DNA of 64,000 nt from an uncultured Candidatus Saccharibacteria bacterium. GTDB lineage: Bacteria; Patescibacteriota; UBA1384; XYA2-FULL-43-10; 1-14-0-10-43-13. This document shows, one piece after another, positions 27,274 to 37,258 of this stretch (its first letter is position 1; the number at the start of each line of letters is the position of its first letter). The notes under the pieces were generated by a model. That model had not been told where the DNA came from. It made no database searches and worked only from the letters and a program-made list of their open reading frames with translations. The stretch lies in NCBI GenBank assembly GCA_964406145.1, contig CAYOQP010000005.1, forward strand, positions 834-64,833, in the 5' to 3' direction. A program made the translations under genes and the position numbers.

Positions 27274-28329
27274 TCACTCATTGGCGGCTTCTTTTTCATT
27301 GTCCAATTTCACTTGTTGAATTTTTGCCAAAATTTTTGCCTTTATCTCTTCAACAATTTTGCTGTTTTTCTTCAAGAATGCTCTAGCACCCTCTTTGCCT
27401 TGACCGAGCTTCTCTCCCTCATATGAAAGCCAGCTGCCAGCTTTCTCGACAACATCAAACTTGACACCAAGGTCCAAAACTTCACCCTCGTAATCTATGC
27501 CTGTGCCATACATAATGTCGAATTCAGCCGTTTTAAAAGGTGGAGCAACTTTATTTTTAACTACTTTGACAACAACGTTGTTGCCGACTGTATCTTCACC
27601 CTTCTTAAGAGCCGCTTTACGACGGATATCAAGTCGAACAGAAGCATAAAATTTTAATGCATTGCCACCAGTCGTGGTCTCGGGGTTGCCAAACACAACA
27701 CCGATCTTCATACGAATCTGGTTGATGAAGATCAGCATTGTTTTAGACTTGGAAACTGCACCGGTTAACTTTCTGAGAGCTTGCGACATGAGTCTAGCCT
27801 GGACACCCATCATTGAATCGCCCATCTCTCCTTCGATCTCAGCTCGTGGAACCAAAGCCGCGACAGAGTCGATAACAATAACATCAAGTGCATTTGAACG
27901 AACTAGGGTCTCGCAAATCTCCAAAGCCTGCTCACCAGTATCTGGCTGAGAAATCAAAAGATTGTCCAGATCTACACCTAAATTCTTGGCATATTCAGGA
28001 TCAAAGGCATGTTCGGCATCAATAAAAGCAGCATTGCCGCCCTTCTTTTGAGCTTGAGCTACAACTGAAATGGCTAGCGTTGTCTTGCCAGATGACTCTG
28101 GTCCAAAAATCTCAATCACCCTGCCACGAGGCAAGCCACCGATACCAAGAGCCAGATCAAGAGAAAGAGATCCGGTCGAAATAGAATCGACATTAAGTGG
28201 AACCGAGTCAGCCAATGTCATGATCGCACCCTTGCCAAACTGTTTTTCTATTGTAAGAAGCGCTGATTTTAGAGCTTCGCTTTTGCCACTATTTATTTTT
28301 GTTTCTTCTGCTTCATTTTTCTTCGCCAT
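27274..28329 (-). CDS. recA: Recombinase RecA
   Basis: Walker [12 protein letters not shown] and RecA signature [18 protein letters not shown]; 351 aa. Confidence 0.97.
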   Translation of the reverse strand: MAKKNEAEETKINSGKSEALKSALLTIEKQFGKGAIMTLADSVPLNVDSISTGSLSLDLALGIGGLPRGRVIEIFGPESSGKTTLAISVVAQAQKKGGNAAFIDAEHAFDPEYAKNLGVDLDNLLISQPDTGEQALEICETLVRSNALDVIVIDSVAALVPRAEIEGEMGDSMMGVQARLMSQALRKLTGAVSKSKTMLIFINQIRMKIGVVFGNPETTTGGNALKFYASVRLDIRRKAALKKGEDTVGNNVVVKVVKNKVAPPFKTAEFDIMYGTGIDYEGEVLDLGVKFDVVEKAGSWLSYEGEKLGQGKEGARAFLKKNSKIVEEIKAKILAKIQQVKLDNEKEAANE

Positions 28330-28360
28330 GTTAACCCTTCATTATATGTAAAGCTTAAGA

Positions 28361-29071
28361 TTATTGATTGATTATCGTTTCGTCAATTTTTGCCGTCTTG
28401 GGTTTATATTCGACAGTAATAATTTCGCTTGTTTCTTTTTTGGCCCGATTCATCGCCTTAATCCGAACGACATTTATACCCTTCTGGAGCTTAAGATTGA
28501 TCTCGAAACGTCCGTCTGTAGTCACCGGAACCATTTCGTTGTTTATTGTTAGATAGGTATCATTATCAGTTATACCTCGAACCTCGACTGAATCAGCCTC
28601 AATAACAGAATTATTATTCGGAGTAACTAGCCTGAGATTCGGACTTCCGGCAAAATTAATAATCTGATAAGCGATATAACCAAACATTCCGACTAGAAAC
28701 ATTGAGAAAATCGCATAGCCAATTAGCTTTGGGGTGATCAGAACTTTTTTGTCTGGAAGTAATTTCTTGTATGTAATATCACTGTTTTTTTGTTTGCCAA
28801 CAAAGCTATATTCCTGCCAAAAAATATTCTCAATTTCTTTTTTGTCTAATTCGAGAAAATTAGCATAAGCCAAAACAAAACCGCGAACATAGACAAGTGA
28901 TGGCAGATTTTGCCAATCGCCCTCCTCAAGAGCCTGAAGATATTTAGAGCGGACCTTGCAGGAAACCTCAGCTTCATCCAAAGAAACCTCTCTCTTTAAA
29001 CGAGCAGATTTGAAAATCTCTCCCAAAGATTTGTCAGTTTGAATTTTTCTTTTTTTGAATCCTGATACCAT
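28361..29071 (-). CDS. RodZ-like HTH membrane protein
   Basis: N-terminal XRE-type HTH LGEIFKSARLKREVSLDEAE...VYVRGFVLAYANFLEL, one TM helix, and a C-terminal beta-rich domain. Confidence 0.6.
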   Translation of the reverse strand: MVSGFKKRKIQTDKSLGEIFKSARLKREVSLDEAEVSCKVRSKYLQALEEGDWQNLPSLVYVRGFVLAYANFLELDKKEIENIFWQEYSFVGKQKNSDITYKKLLPDKKVLITPKLIGYAIFSMFLVGMFGYIAYQIINFAGSPNLRLVTPNNNSVIEADSVEVRGITDNDTYLTINNEMVPVTTDGRFEINLKLQKGINVVRIKAMNRAKKETSEIITVEYKPKTAKIDETIINQ

Positions 29072-31351
29072 TTATGAATAATTATGTTTATCGTTGTCGA
29101 AATTGTTGTTGTCAAAATCGGCTTCGTTATTATAGGGTGAATAACCATTTGAAATCAAAACGTCTCTCGGTCTAGCTCCGTCAGCTGGCCCGATAACACC
29201 ATTCTCTTCCAGAATGTCCAAAAGTCTGGCCGCTCTAGCATAACCGACTTTAAGGCGACGTTGCAAGAGGGATGCAGAACCCTTGCCAGCATTCATGACC
29301 GTCTCGACAGCTTCGTTGTAAAGTTCATCCTCCGATGAACCATCGCCACCGACTCCACCATGACTGCGACTGGCGCCAAAAGACAAAATCGCATCTTCAT
29401 ATTGAGGCGCTGATTTTTCTTTCAAGAATCCAACAACATCTTCGATCTCAGGATCGGAGACAAAACAGCCCTGAACTCTTCTTGGCTTAATACCAGCCGC
29501 CATGAAAAGCATATCGCCAAAGCCGAGTAGTTTTTCCGAACCAGAAACATCAAGAATAGTACGGGAATCGACTTGAGAAGCTGTAGCGAAAGCAATTCTC
29601 GATGCGATATTAGCCTTGATAAGCCCAGTCAAAACATCAACGGATGGTCTCTGGGTTGCAATAACAAGATGTATGCCAGTAGCACGAGCCATCTGGGCAA
29701 TACGGACGATAGAACCCTCAACTTCTTTTGAGCTTGTCGCCATTAAGTCAGCTAACTCGTCAATAATAATGACAATATATGGCATTTTCCCTTCTGGACC
29801 AGGAGCTGAGTTGTAAGCAACAATGTTACGTTTGCCGAGATCTGAAAAAACTTTATAGCGTCTTTCCATCTCCCAAACCGCCCACTTGAGCGCTGAGACA
29901 GTCTTGTCTACCTCTGTGACAACCGGAGTTAATAAATGAGGGATATCATTATAACAAGTAAGCTCTACTCTCTTGGGATCGACAAGGAGCAACCTTAGGT
30001 CACTTGGAGCATTGTTGTAAAGAAGTGAAACAATGATTGAGTTGATACAAACAGATTTACCAGAACCAGTTGAACCAGCAATGAGCAAATGTGGCATTTT
30101 CTCAAGGTCAATTGCGACCGGCTCTCCAGCAACATCACGACCAAGAGGTAAGGCTAGTTTGCTCTTGACGGCCTTAAATTGGCTCGAAAGAAGAATTTCT
30201 CGAAGTGTAACTTTGGCTGATTTTTTGTTTGGTATTTCGACACCAACAGCGTTTTTGCCAGGAATTGGTGCTTCGATTCTAATACTTTTGGCCGAAAGTG
30301 CTAAGGCTAGATCATTCTGGCGAGCAACAATCTGGTTTAATTTAACACCATCATTTGGCTTAAGTGTATACTGAGTTACAGTCGGGCCAACATTAGCATC
30401 GCCCAGAGCAACATCAATACTAAAAGTCCTGAGACACTTCTGAATTGCTTCAGCATTTTTGAAGATGTTGCCAGGATCAGCGACTTCATCAAGCTCTTTA
30501 AGATAGTCAATTGATGGATATTCCCAATCAGTATCTTTTTTGGCGATACCGTTGCCCTGATGGGCCACTTCGATAACTGGGGCCTTGGTTTCTTCCTCAA
30601 ATTTTGTCTTACCCATGCCACTTAGTTTTCGGCGCATCGTCTCAAATACAGAAACTCTAGCTTCGTTCCTGTTGACATTAACTCTGCCCTCTTCGCCACT
30701 ATGATCTTTTTTCTTAATTCCAAGATATTCAAGTAATGAGAAGTCGAAGATCATCAGAAGCGAGATACCAATCATGACGACGCTCAAAAGGAAAGTTGGA
30801 AAAAGTCCTATTGCACTACGCAAGGGGCTAGATATTAAATAGCCAATAATTCCGCCGTTTTGGCCAATCATGCCAGCCTCTTTAGCAATTTCTTCTGGAA
30901 TAAATAAATGAAGAAAAGCTGGAATTGAAAAGATTAATAAAAATAATCCGACAAATTCGGCAAGACGATATTTCTTTTTGGGAACAAGCAATATGATGCC
31001 AACATAGAGGAGAACGAAATCAAAAATATAGGCATCAAATCCACCAAAAAGCTTCTTGATGAGAGAAGCAAAAAACTCGCCCAAAACCCCAGCTTTATCA
31101 ATAAAGCCAAGGAAGAAAGTAACTGAGAGAATTATTACAAAAAGCGAAAAAATTACTCGCCAAGTTTCCGCCTCAAGACCAAGAGACCAATCAAAAACAA
31201 AGTCTCCCCATTCATTCTCCTTTTGATACCACTTTTGTGTTGGTTTTCTCTTCGGATGAATTCTTTTTCTGCCCATTAATCTCCCTCCAGAATGGAGCTC
31301 AACATTAAATTGGAATGTCAGTGCATTCTCGTTAGAATTATTATAATTCAA
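29072..31351 (-). CDS. ftsK: DNA translocase FtsK/SpoIIIE
   Basis: N-terminal TM helices, Walker A LLIAGSTGSGKSVCIN, and a C-terminal gamma domain; 759 aa. Confidence 0.9.
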   Translation of the reverse strand: MNYNNSNENALTFQFNVELHSGGRLMGRKRIHPKRKPTQKWYQKENEWGDFVFDWSLGLEAETWRVIFSLFVIILSVTFFLGFIDKAGVLGEFFASLIKKLFGGFDAYIFDFVLLYVGIILLVPKKKYRLAEFVGLFLLIFSIPAFLHLFIPEEIAKEAGMIGQNGGIIGYLISSPLRSAIGLFPTFLLSVVMIGISLLMIFDFSLLEYLGIKKKDHSGEEGRVNVNRNEARVSVFETMRRKLSGMGKTKFEEETKAPVIEVAHQGNGIAKKDTDWEYPSIDYLKELDEVADPGNIFKNAEAIQKCLRTFSIDVALGDANVGPTVTQYTLKPNDGVKLNQIVARQNDLALALSAKSIRIEAPIPGKNAVGVEIPNKKSAKVTLREILLSSQFKAVKSKLALPLGRDVAGEPVAIDLEKMPHLLIAGSTGSGKSVCINSIIVSLLYNNAPSDLRLLLVDPKRVELTCYNDIPHLLTPVVTEVDKTVSALKWAVWEMERRYKVFSDLGKRNIVAYNSAPGPEGKMPYIVIIIDELADLMATSSKEVEGSIVRIAQMARATGIHLVIATQRPSVDVLTGLIKANIASRIAFATASQVDSRTILDVSGSEKLLGFGDMLFMAAGIKPRRVQGCFVSDPEIEDVVGFLKEKSAPQYEDAILSFGASRSHGGVGGDGSSEDELYNEAVETVMNAGKGSASLLQRRLKVGYARAARLLDILEENGVIGPADGARPRDVLISNGYSPYNNEADFDNNNFDNDKHNYS

Positions 31352-31402
31352 TCAAGGGCTTGATGCAACAAAAAAGCCCCCTTTTACAAGGGGGCTTTTT
31401 TC

Positions 31403-33268
31403 TTAGACCTCGATCACTACTGGGATAACCATTGGCTTTCTCTCTGTCTCTTTGAAGAGAAAATCACCTAGCTCATCTCGAAGCTTTTGTTTGACCATAG
31501 TCCAGTCAACTTTAGGAGAATTTTTATCTTTAGAACCATACTTTGCAAATATTTTCTTAACCTCAGCTCGAGCTTTGTGGACCAACTCTTCGCTCTCTCG
31601 CATATAAATAAATCCACGAGAAATGATGTCCGGAGAAGTTAGTATCTGATTAGTCTGATGATCAACAGTAACAATAACAACAAAGATACCTTCCTGGGCC
31701 ATCGCTTTGCGGTCTCGCAAAACAATATTGCCAACGTCGCCGATACCAAGACCATCAACCATGACATAAGCGGCCGGAATACGTTTGTTTGTGACTTCGC
31801 CCTTGCCCTTGCTAAATTCCATAATCTGACCGTCGTCGCCAACAAGACAGTGATCCTCGTCGACTATGCCCATTTCTCTAGCGATTCGGCAGTGAAGCAT
31901 AAGCTTATGACGTTGACCATGGACAGGGATAAGATACTGCGGGCGGATTAAAGCAAGCATAAGCTTGATATCTTCTTGATTGGCATGTCCCGAAGTATGA
32001 ACATCCATAAGTTTCTGATAGACAACTTGAGCACCAGCTCGAAAAAGATTGTCCATCAAGTTGGAAACAGAACGCTCGTTGCCTGGAATCGGTGACGATG
32101 AAAGTATAACGAAGTCACCTCTCTTCATCTTAACCTGACGATGTTCACCGTTGGCTATTCTAGTGAGAGCGGCATTATCCTCACCCTGTGAACCAGTACA
32201 GACGATGACAATTTTATCATCAGGATATTTGTTGAGATCTTTGGCATCAATAATTGTATCTCTCGGCACAATCAATGCTTCTAGAGAAATCGCGATTTCA
32301 ACCGTTGTCAGCATACTGCGACCAATGAAACAAACTTTGCGATTTAATTTGTGTGAAACGTTTAAGACCTGCTGAATACGAGAGATAAGAGTCGAAAAAG
32401 TCGAAACAAAGATTCGATTATTAGCATTCTCCATAATCGACATCAAGGACTCTTCAATCTCTTTCTCCGATACAGAAACACCTGGCTTCTCGATATTGGT
32501 CGAGTCGGAAAGCAAAGCTAGCGGCTTTCTAGCGCCAATTGCGGCGATAGCCGAGAAATCGGCTGGCTTCTTGTCGGCCGGAGTATGATCAAATTTGTAG
32601 TCACCAGTCAGAACAATGATGCCTTCTGGCGTCTCGACAACAATGCCCATAGACTGAGGAATACTGTGAGTTAGTCTGAATGTTGAGACCTTAAATACTC
32701 CGAGCTGAACAATGTCTTCGCCAATCTTCATTGGGGCAAGCTTAGCCGACTTATCAAGACCAAACTCTTCTAATTTGCTTTTGATAATGCCAAGACTTAA
32801 TGGTGAACCATATATTGTTGGGGCACCAATACGCTCATAGACATAAGGAATGGCACCGATGTGATCCAAGTGACCATGAGTGATCAAAAGACCACGAATT
32901 TTGGATTTGTTTTGTTCGAGATATGTGACATCAGGAATAACATAATCAACGCCTGGCATTGTCTCGTCTGGAAACATGAATCCCATGTCGACAACAATAA
33001 TGTCGTTTTTGTATTCGATGATAGTGCAGTTTTTACCACCAGTCTCTTCAACACCACCGAGCGGGATAATTTTTAATTTTGGTTCATAAAAAAACTTAGA
33101 TCTATAGTTGGGATCTACTTGTTGAGCCGTATATCTTGGCTCACTTGAAGTCATGTTTTTATGAGTTTTTTGTGGGAATCTAGCCTCAACACCGTCGTTT
33201 TTTAATGCGGTTTCGAGCTTGTTGGCTCTATCTGAGACTTCCCCTTGTTTTTTTTCTTTTTCGTTCAT
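31403..33268 (-). CDS. rnj: Ribonuclease J
   Basis: Metallo-beta-lactamase motif ITHGHLDHIG, beta-CASP and the RNase J C-terminal domain; 621 aa. Confidence 0.9.
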   Translation of the reverse strand: MNEKEKKQGEVSDRANKLETALKNDGVEARFPQKTHKNMTSSEPRYTAQQVDPNYRSKFFYEPKLKIIPLGGVEETGGKNCTIIEYKNDIIVVDMGFMFPDETMPGVDYVIPDVTYLEQNKSKIRGLLITHGHLDHIGAIPYVYERIGAPTIYGSPLSLGIIKSKLEEFGLDKSAKLAPMKIGEDIVQLGVFKVSTFRLTHSIPQSMGIVVETPEGIIVLTGDYKFDHTPADKKPADFSAIAAIGARKPLALLSDSTNIEKPGVSVSEKEIEESLMSIMENANNRIFVSTFSTLISRIQQVLNVSHKLNRKVCFIGRSMLTTVEIAISLEALIVPRDTIIDAKDLNKYPDDKIVIVCTGSQGEDNAALTRIANGEHRQVKMKRGDFVILSSSPIPGNERSVSNLMDNLFRAGAQVVYQKLMDVHTSGHANQEDIKLMLALIRPQYLIPVHGQRHKLMLHCRIAREMGIVDEDHCLVGDDGQIMEFSKGKGEVTNKRIPAAYVMVDGLGIGDVGNIVLRDRKAMAQEGIFVVIVTVDHQTNQILTSPDIISRGFIYMRESEELVHKARAEVKKIFAKYGSKDKNSPKVDWTMVKQKLRDELGDFLFKETERKPMVIPVVIEV

Positions 33269-33323
33269 TTAAAGTTTTGCTTTATCTGATTGCTAACCAA
33301 TAAAGCACCTTTTCTAATAATAA

Positions 33324-33959
33324 TTAAATTAATTTTTCTTGTTTAAATTGATCTTGTTCATCTTCTTTTTTGTTTTTGTTCTCTTCCTCGATCTTTTTTA
33401 ATATTCCAGTAATTTTTGAGAAATCATCTATTAAGGTCTGCCTTAAGCCACCATTGTGAAGCGCGGCGGCGGGATGATAAAGCGGCAAATAGACAATACC
33501 ATTGGGACGCTTCAAGGCCTTACCATGAATCTGAGAGATACTTGGCTGACCAGGAAGAAGTGAGGCAGCAGCATGACGACCAAGACAAACAATAATCTCA
33601 GGCGAAATCAGAGCAATTTGTTTCTCCAGATATGGTCGGCAAGCTACTTTTTCGTCATCCTCGGGATCACGATTTTCTGGCGGACGACACTTAACAACAT
33701 TAGTAATAAATACTTTGGAACGGTCTAGTCCGATGGAAACGAGCATTTCGTCGAGAAATTTACCGGCGGCGCCACAGAAAGGAATTCCCTTTTCGTCTTC
33801 ATTGGCTCCTGGGGCCTCGCCGATAAACATAATCTTGGTTTCGTAATCACCCACTCCAGGAACAGCGTTTTTCCTGGTTTTGGTAAGCTTACAACCAGAA
33901 CAATCTCGAACATATTGTCCGATATTATCGAGCTCAATCTTTTTCGATGATGCATCCAT
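33324..33959 (-). CDS. Uracil-DNA glycosylase, family 4
   Basis: GEAPGANEDEKGIPFCGAAGKFL motif. The ORF track extends to 34034. The Met at 33959 (MDASSKKIELD) is the more likely start. Confidence 0.8.
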   Translation of the reverse strand: MDASSKKIELDNIGQYVRDCSGCKLTKTRKNAVPGVGDYETKIMFIGEAPGANEDEKGIPFCGAAGKFLDEMLVSIGLDRSKVFITNVVKCRPPENRDPEDDEKVACRPYLEKQIALISPEIIVCLGRHAAASLLPGQPSISQIHGKALKRPNGIVYLPLYHPAAALHNGGLRQTLIDDFSKITGILKKIEEENKNKKEDEQDQFKQEKLI

Positions 33960-34474
33960 AGAAATCAAAAAGTATAAACCAAAAATCAATAAATAGCTGA
34001 GTCCATCCCCTAGATGTTGAGTAAAATATAACAAGTAACAAACATTTTGTCAATGAAGACTCTGCAATATTCTTGAAGTTCTTTGATGATTTTGAACAAA
34101 CAGCTAACTTTTTCCTTAAGATCTCGAAGTGCTTACAAGTGGCAAATTATATTGCCAGGAATTATGTAGGATTGAAAATCCGCCCGATTCGGGCCAGATA
34201 AATTAGCTTGTTTGTGCAGAAGCACAAGACATGAGTTGACTAATATATTGGATGACCTGCCTGCCGTTACCTGTCTGCCGATAGGTAGAGGCAGGGATTA
34301 GAGATCTTGCAAAAGTTGCAAATAAACCAGTCAAATACTTAAAACTCGGGCACAAGATAATTGAGTACAAATATTAAGTATCCTTACTATATCAGAGTAT
34401 TTATAATTTGTCAATAGATGAATATAAAAATCCGGTTTCCCGGATTTTTATATGAGCACCTATTTGTAAGAATA

Positions 34475-36628
34475 TTATTCCTTGGTTCGTTCCTGACCAT
34501 TATCAAGCATGGCTTTGATCGAAAGAGAGATGCGACCTTTCATCGGATCAACCTCGATAACTTTAACAGTCACAGTTTGTCCGACTTTCAATTTATCGGA
34601 AACTTTCTCAACTCTTTCATTAGCAATTTGAGAAATATGTATCATTCCGTCCTGTTTTGGCGAAATTGCCATGATAGCACCGATCTCTTTGCCAGTCATA
34701 CGATCTTTCTTGATGTCGATGATCTCGCCGGTGATGATCTCGCCGACTTTAATCTCTCGCATCATTGATTTGATGATCGCAATAGCTTTATCGCCCATTT
34801 CTGGATCAATCGATGAAACCATGACTGTACCATCATCTTCAATATCTATCGAGATAATCTCTTTACCGCCACAATCTTCAACGATTTTCTTAACATTTTT
34901 ACCACCTGGTCCGATCAATTCACCAATTTTGTCTGGATTGATCTTAACAGCTTCAATACGTGGAGCATATTTGGAAAGCTCTGCCTTCGGCGCAGGAATA
35001 ATGGCCAGCATTGCTTCCAATATTTCGGCTCTGCCCTTCTTGGCCTGAGCCAAAGTATCTCTAATAATGTCAAATGTTAAGCCTTCGATCTTTGTATCCA
35101 TCTGAATAGCAGTAACACCATCAGCAGTACCAGCAACCTTAAAGTCCATGTCTCCTGCAAAGTCTTCAAGACCCTGAAGATCAGAAAGAACTCTATATTT
35201 TGAGCAATCTTCGCTAGTGACAAGACCCATGGCAATACCAGAAACTGGCTTCTTAATCGGAACACCAGCATCCATCAGAGCTAAAGTCGAGCCACAAGTT
35301 GCAGCCATCGAGCTTGAGCCGTTGGAGCTTAAAATCTCAGAAACAAGACGGATGGTATATGGGAATGAATCAGGATCTGGAATCATTGGCTTTAAGGCTT
35401 TCTCAGCGAGATAGCCATGACCGATTTCACGTCTGCCAACTCCTCGGACAGGACGAACTTCGCCAGTAGAATAAGGTGGAAAATTATAGTGATGCATGAA
35501 ACGCTTGGTTGATTCCCCTTCCATTGTATCTATCAACTGCTCCATTCCAGGAGAAGCAAGAGTAGCAATAGTGAGCGCCTGAGTCTGGCCGCGAGTAAAG
35601 AGAGCTGAGCCATGTGGTCGAGGCAAAAGACCAACCTCGATATTGAGTGGTCTGATCTCTTCCATCTCTCGACCATCAGGTCTAATACCATCTTCAAGAA
35701 TAATGCGACGAATCTCTTTTTCGACAATCTTGGCAAAAGCCGTTCTGATATCGACTTGCTTGTAATTGCCCTCAAGAGACGAAAGAACTTCGTCTTCGTA
35801 AGCCTTAAGCTTAGCTTCGCGAGCGGTCTTATCAAGCTCAGCAAGTGCATCTTTGATCTTATCGGCAACTAGATTGTAAACCTCAGCATGGACGCCAACG
35901 ACCTTGTCGGCTGACTCGGCAACTTCACGAGCATGGTCTTCAGCAATTTTGTGTTGAATTTCGATGATTGGCTGCATTGCGGCATGACCAAATTTGATTG
36001 CCTCAAAGATCTTCTCTTCAGAAACCTCATTGGCCTCCGTCTCAATCATCATGACTCTTTCGGATGTTGCGGCGAAGCTCAAATTTAGTGAAGACTCTTT
36101 TTCATTATCTTCGTTGAGATTTAAGACAAACTCGTCATTAATAAGTCCGACATTAACAGCGGCGATCGGACCCTTGAAAGGAGCGTTGGTTTGCATCAAA
36201 GCGGAAGATGCGGCGATAGTGCCCAAGATGTCGAGACTGATTGAGCCATCATATGATAGAGCCGTGATAATGATCTGGACGTCGTTGCGATAGCTCTTTG
36301 GGAAAAGTGGTCTGATCGGACGATCAATCTTTCGACCAGATAGAATTGCTGAGTCAGAAGGTCGACCTTCTCTTTTAATAAAACGGCTACCAGAAATCTT
36401 GCCGGCAGCATAAAATCTCTCTTCGAATTCAACCATCAATGGGAAAAAGTCTGTGCCCTCTTTTGGCTCTGCAGCCAAACAAACAGTCGCCAAGACAACA
36501 GTGTCCTCATACTTCGCGACGATCGAACCATTGGCCAGACCAGCTAATTTGCCAGTCTCAAGTGTTAGTTTTTTACCACCGAAAAGAACCTCGTAGGAAC
36601 GGGTCTGGAATTCAAGTTTCTTCACCAT
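34475..36628 (-). CDS. pnp: Polyribonucleotide nucleotidyltransferase (PNPase)
   Basis: Two RNase PH domains, a KH domain and a C-terminal S1 domain; 717 aa. Confidence 0.95.
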   Translation of the reverse strand: MVKKLEFQTRSYEVLFGGKKLTLETGKLAGLANGSIVAKYEDTVVLATVCLAAEPKEGTDFFPLMVEFEERFYAAGKISGSRFIKREGRPSDSAILSGRKIDRPIRPLFPKSYRNDVQIIITALSYDGSISLDILGTIAASSALMQTNAPFKGPIAAVNVGLINDEFVLNLNEDNEKESSLNLSFAATSERVMMIETEANEVSEEKIFEAIKFGHAAMQPIIEIQHKIAEDHAREVAESADKVVGVHAEVYNLVADKIKDALAELDKTAREAKLKAYEDEVLSSLEGNYKQVDIRTAFAKIVEKEIRRIILEDGIRPDGREMEEIRPLNIEVGLLPRPHGSALFTRGQTQALTIATLASPGMEQLIDTMEGESTKRFMHHYNFPPYSTGEVRPVRGVGRREIGHGYLAEKALKPMIPDPDSFPYTIRLVSEILSSNGSSSMAATCGSTLALMDAGVPIKKPVSGIAMGLVTSEDCSKYRVLSDLQGLEDFAGDMDFKVAGTADGVTAIQMDTKIEGLTFDIIRDTLAQAKKGRAEILEAMLAIIPAPKAELSKYAPRIEAVKINPDKIGELIGPGGKNVKKIVEDCGGKEIISIDIEDDGTVMVSSIDPEMGDKAIAIIKSMMREIKVGEIITGEIIDIKKDRMTGKEIGAIMAISPKQDGMIHISQIANERVEKVSDKLKVGQTVTVKVIEVDPMKGRISLSIKAMLDNGQERTKE

Positions 36629-36778
36629 AACAACCTTTCTTTATGGCGCCGGAGTGCTAAGAAGCGGAAAGAATAAATAGAATTTATTTACTCTTCTCGC
36701 TCCTCTCAAACTTCTCCGAAGCGCGTTTTTTTATTAAGTTACAAAGCGTGAGCCAAGATTGGCACACGGCTTTGCAAC

Positions 36779-37057
36779 TTATCTCTTGAGGCCAAGGTCC
36801 GATACAACTTTGCTGTATTTTTCCTCTTCAGTCTTTTTAAGATAGTTGAGCAATCTTCTTCTTTTGCCAACCATCATCAAAAGTCCTCTTCGAGAATCAA
36901 AATCTTTCTTGTGATCCTTCAAATGCTTCGTTAGATCAGAGATTTTCTTGGTCAAAATTGCAACCTGAACTTCGGTTGAGCCAGTATCGTTTTTGTGAGA
37001 CTGATACTTTTTAACCAAGTCCTCTTTCTCTACTTTCGCCGTTTTCTTCTCTACCAT
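36779..37057 (-). CDS. rpsO: 30S ribosomal protein S15
   Basis: GSTEVQVAILTKKISDLTKHLKDHKKDFDSRRGLL..VGKRRRLLNYL; 92 aa; upstream of pnp. Confidence 0.95.
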   Translation of the reverse strand: MVEKKTAKVEKEDLVKKYQSHKNDTGSTEVQVAILTKKISDLTKHLKDHKKDFDSRRGLLMMVGKRRRLLNYLKKTEEEKYSKVVSDLGLKR

Positions 37058-37094
37058 TTTACCTTTCAGCCGGTAAACTGCAGCTACGCTGCAA

Positions 37095-37122
37095 GTTGAA
37101 AGTGAAAAGTTGAAAGTGAAAA
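37095..37122. repeat. Tandem direct repeat 2 x 14 nt (gttgaaagtgaaaa) in the rpsO upstream leader
   Basis: Seen directly; flanked by palindrome gcagc-tac-gctgc. Confidence 0.6.
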
Positions 37123-37138
37123 GCAGGATTATTCCTTT

Positions 37139-37169
37139 AACTTTATAACTTTACGAACTTTATAACTTT
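37139..37169. repeat. Direct repeat 2 x 14 nt (aactttataacttt) with 3-nt spacer, followed by palindrome gtgcgtg-c-cacgcac (37176-37190)
   Basis: Seen directly. Confidence 0.6.
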
Positions 37170-37258
37170 GAACTTGTGCGTGCCACGCACCGGTTTCTCC
37201 CCTTATTAATATTCTCATCTAGTTATAACCTAAAATGATCTTAAAATCAATCCTTCAC

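Noticed and set aside
34035-34474. RNase P RNA, tmRNA or SRP RNA in the UDG-pnp gap
   Set aside because: The conserved P4 (AGGAAAGTCCGGGCTCC), tmRNA tRNA-like end and SRP domain IV consensus were not found by eye. Only generic hairpins are present.
34671-36630. Multiple antisense or alternate-frame ORFs within pnp (34671-35048, 35533-35868, 35994-36293 and others)
   Set aside because: Embedded in the PNPase gene with repetitive, low-complexity translations. Artefacts of six-frame translation.
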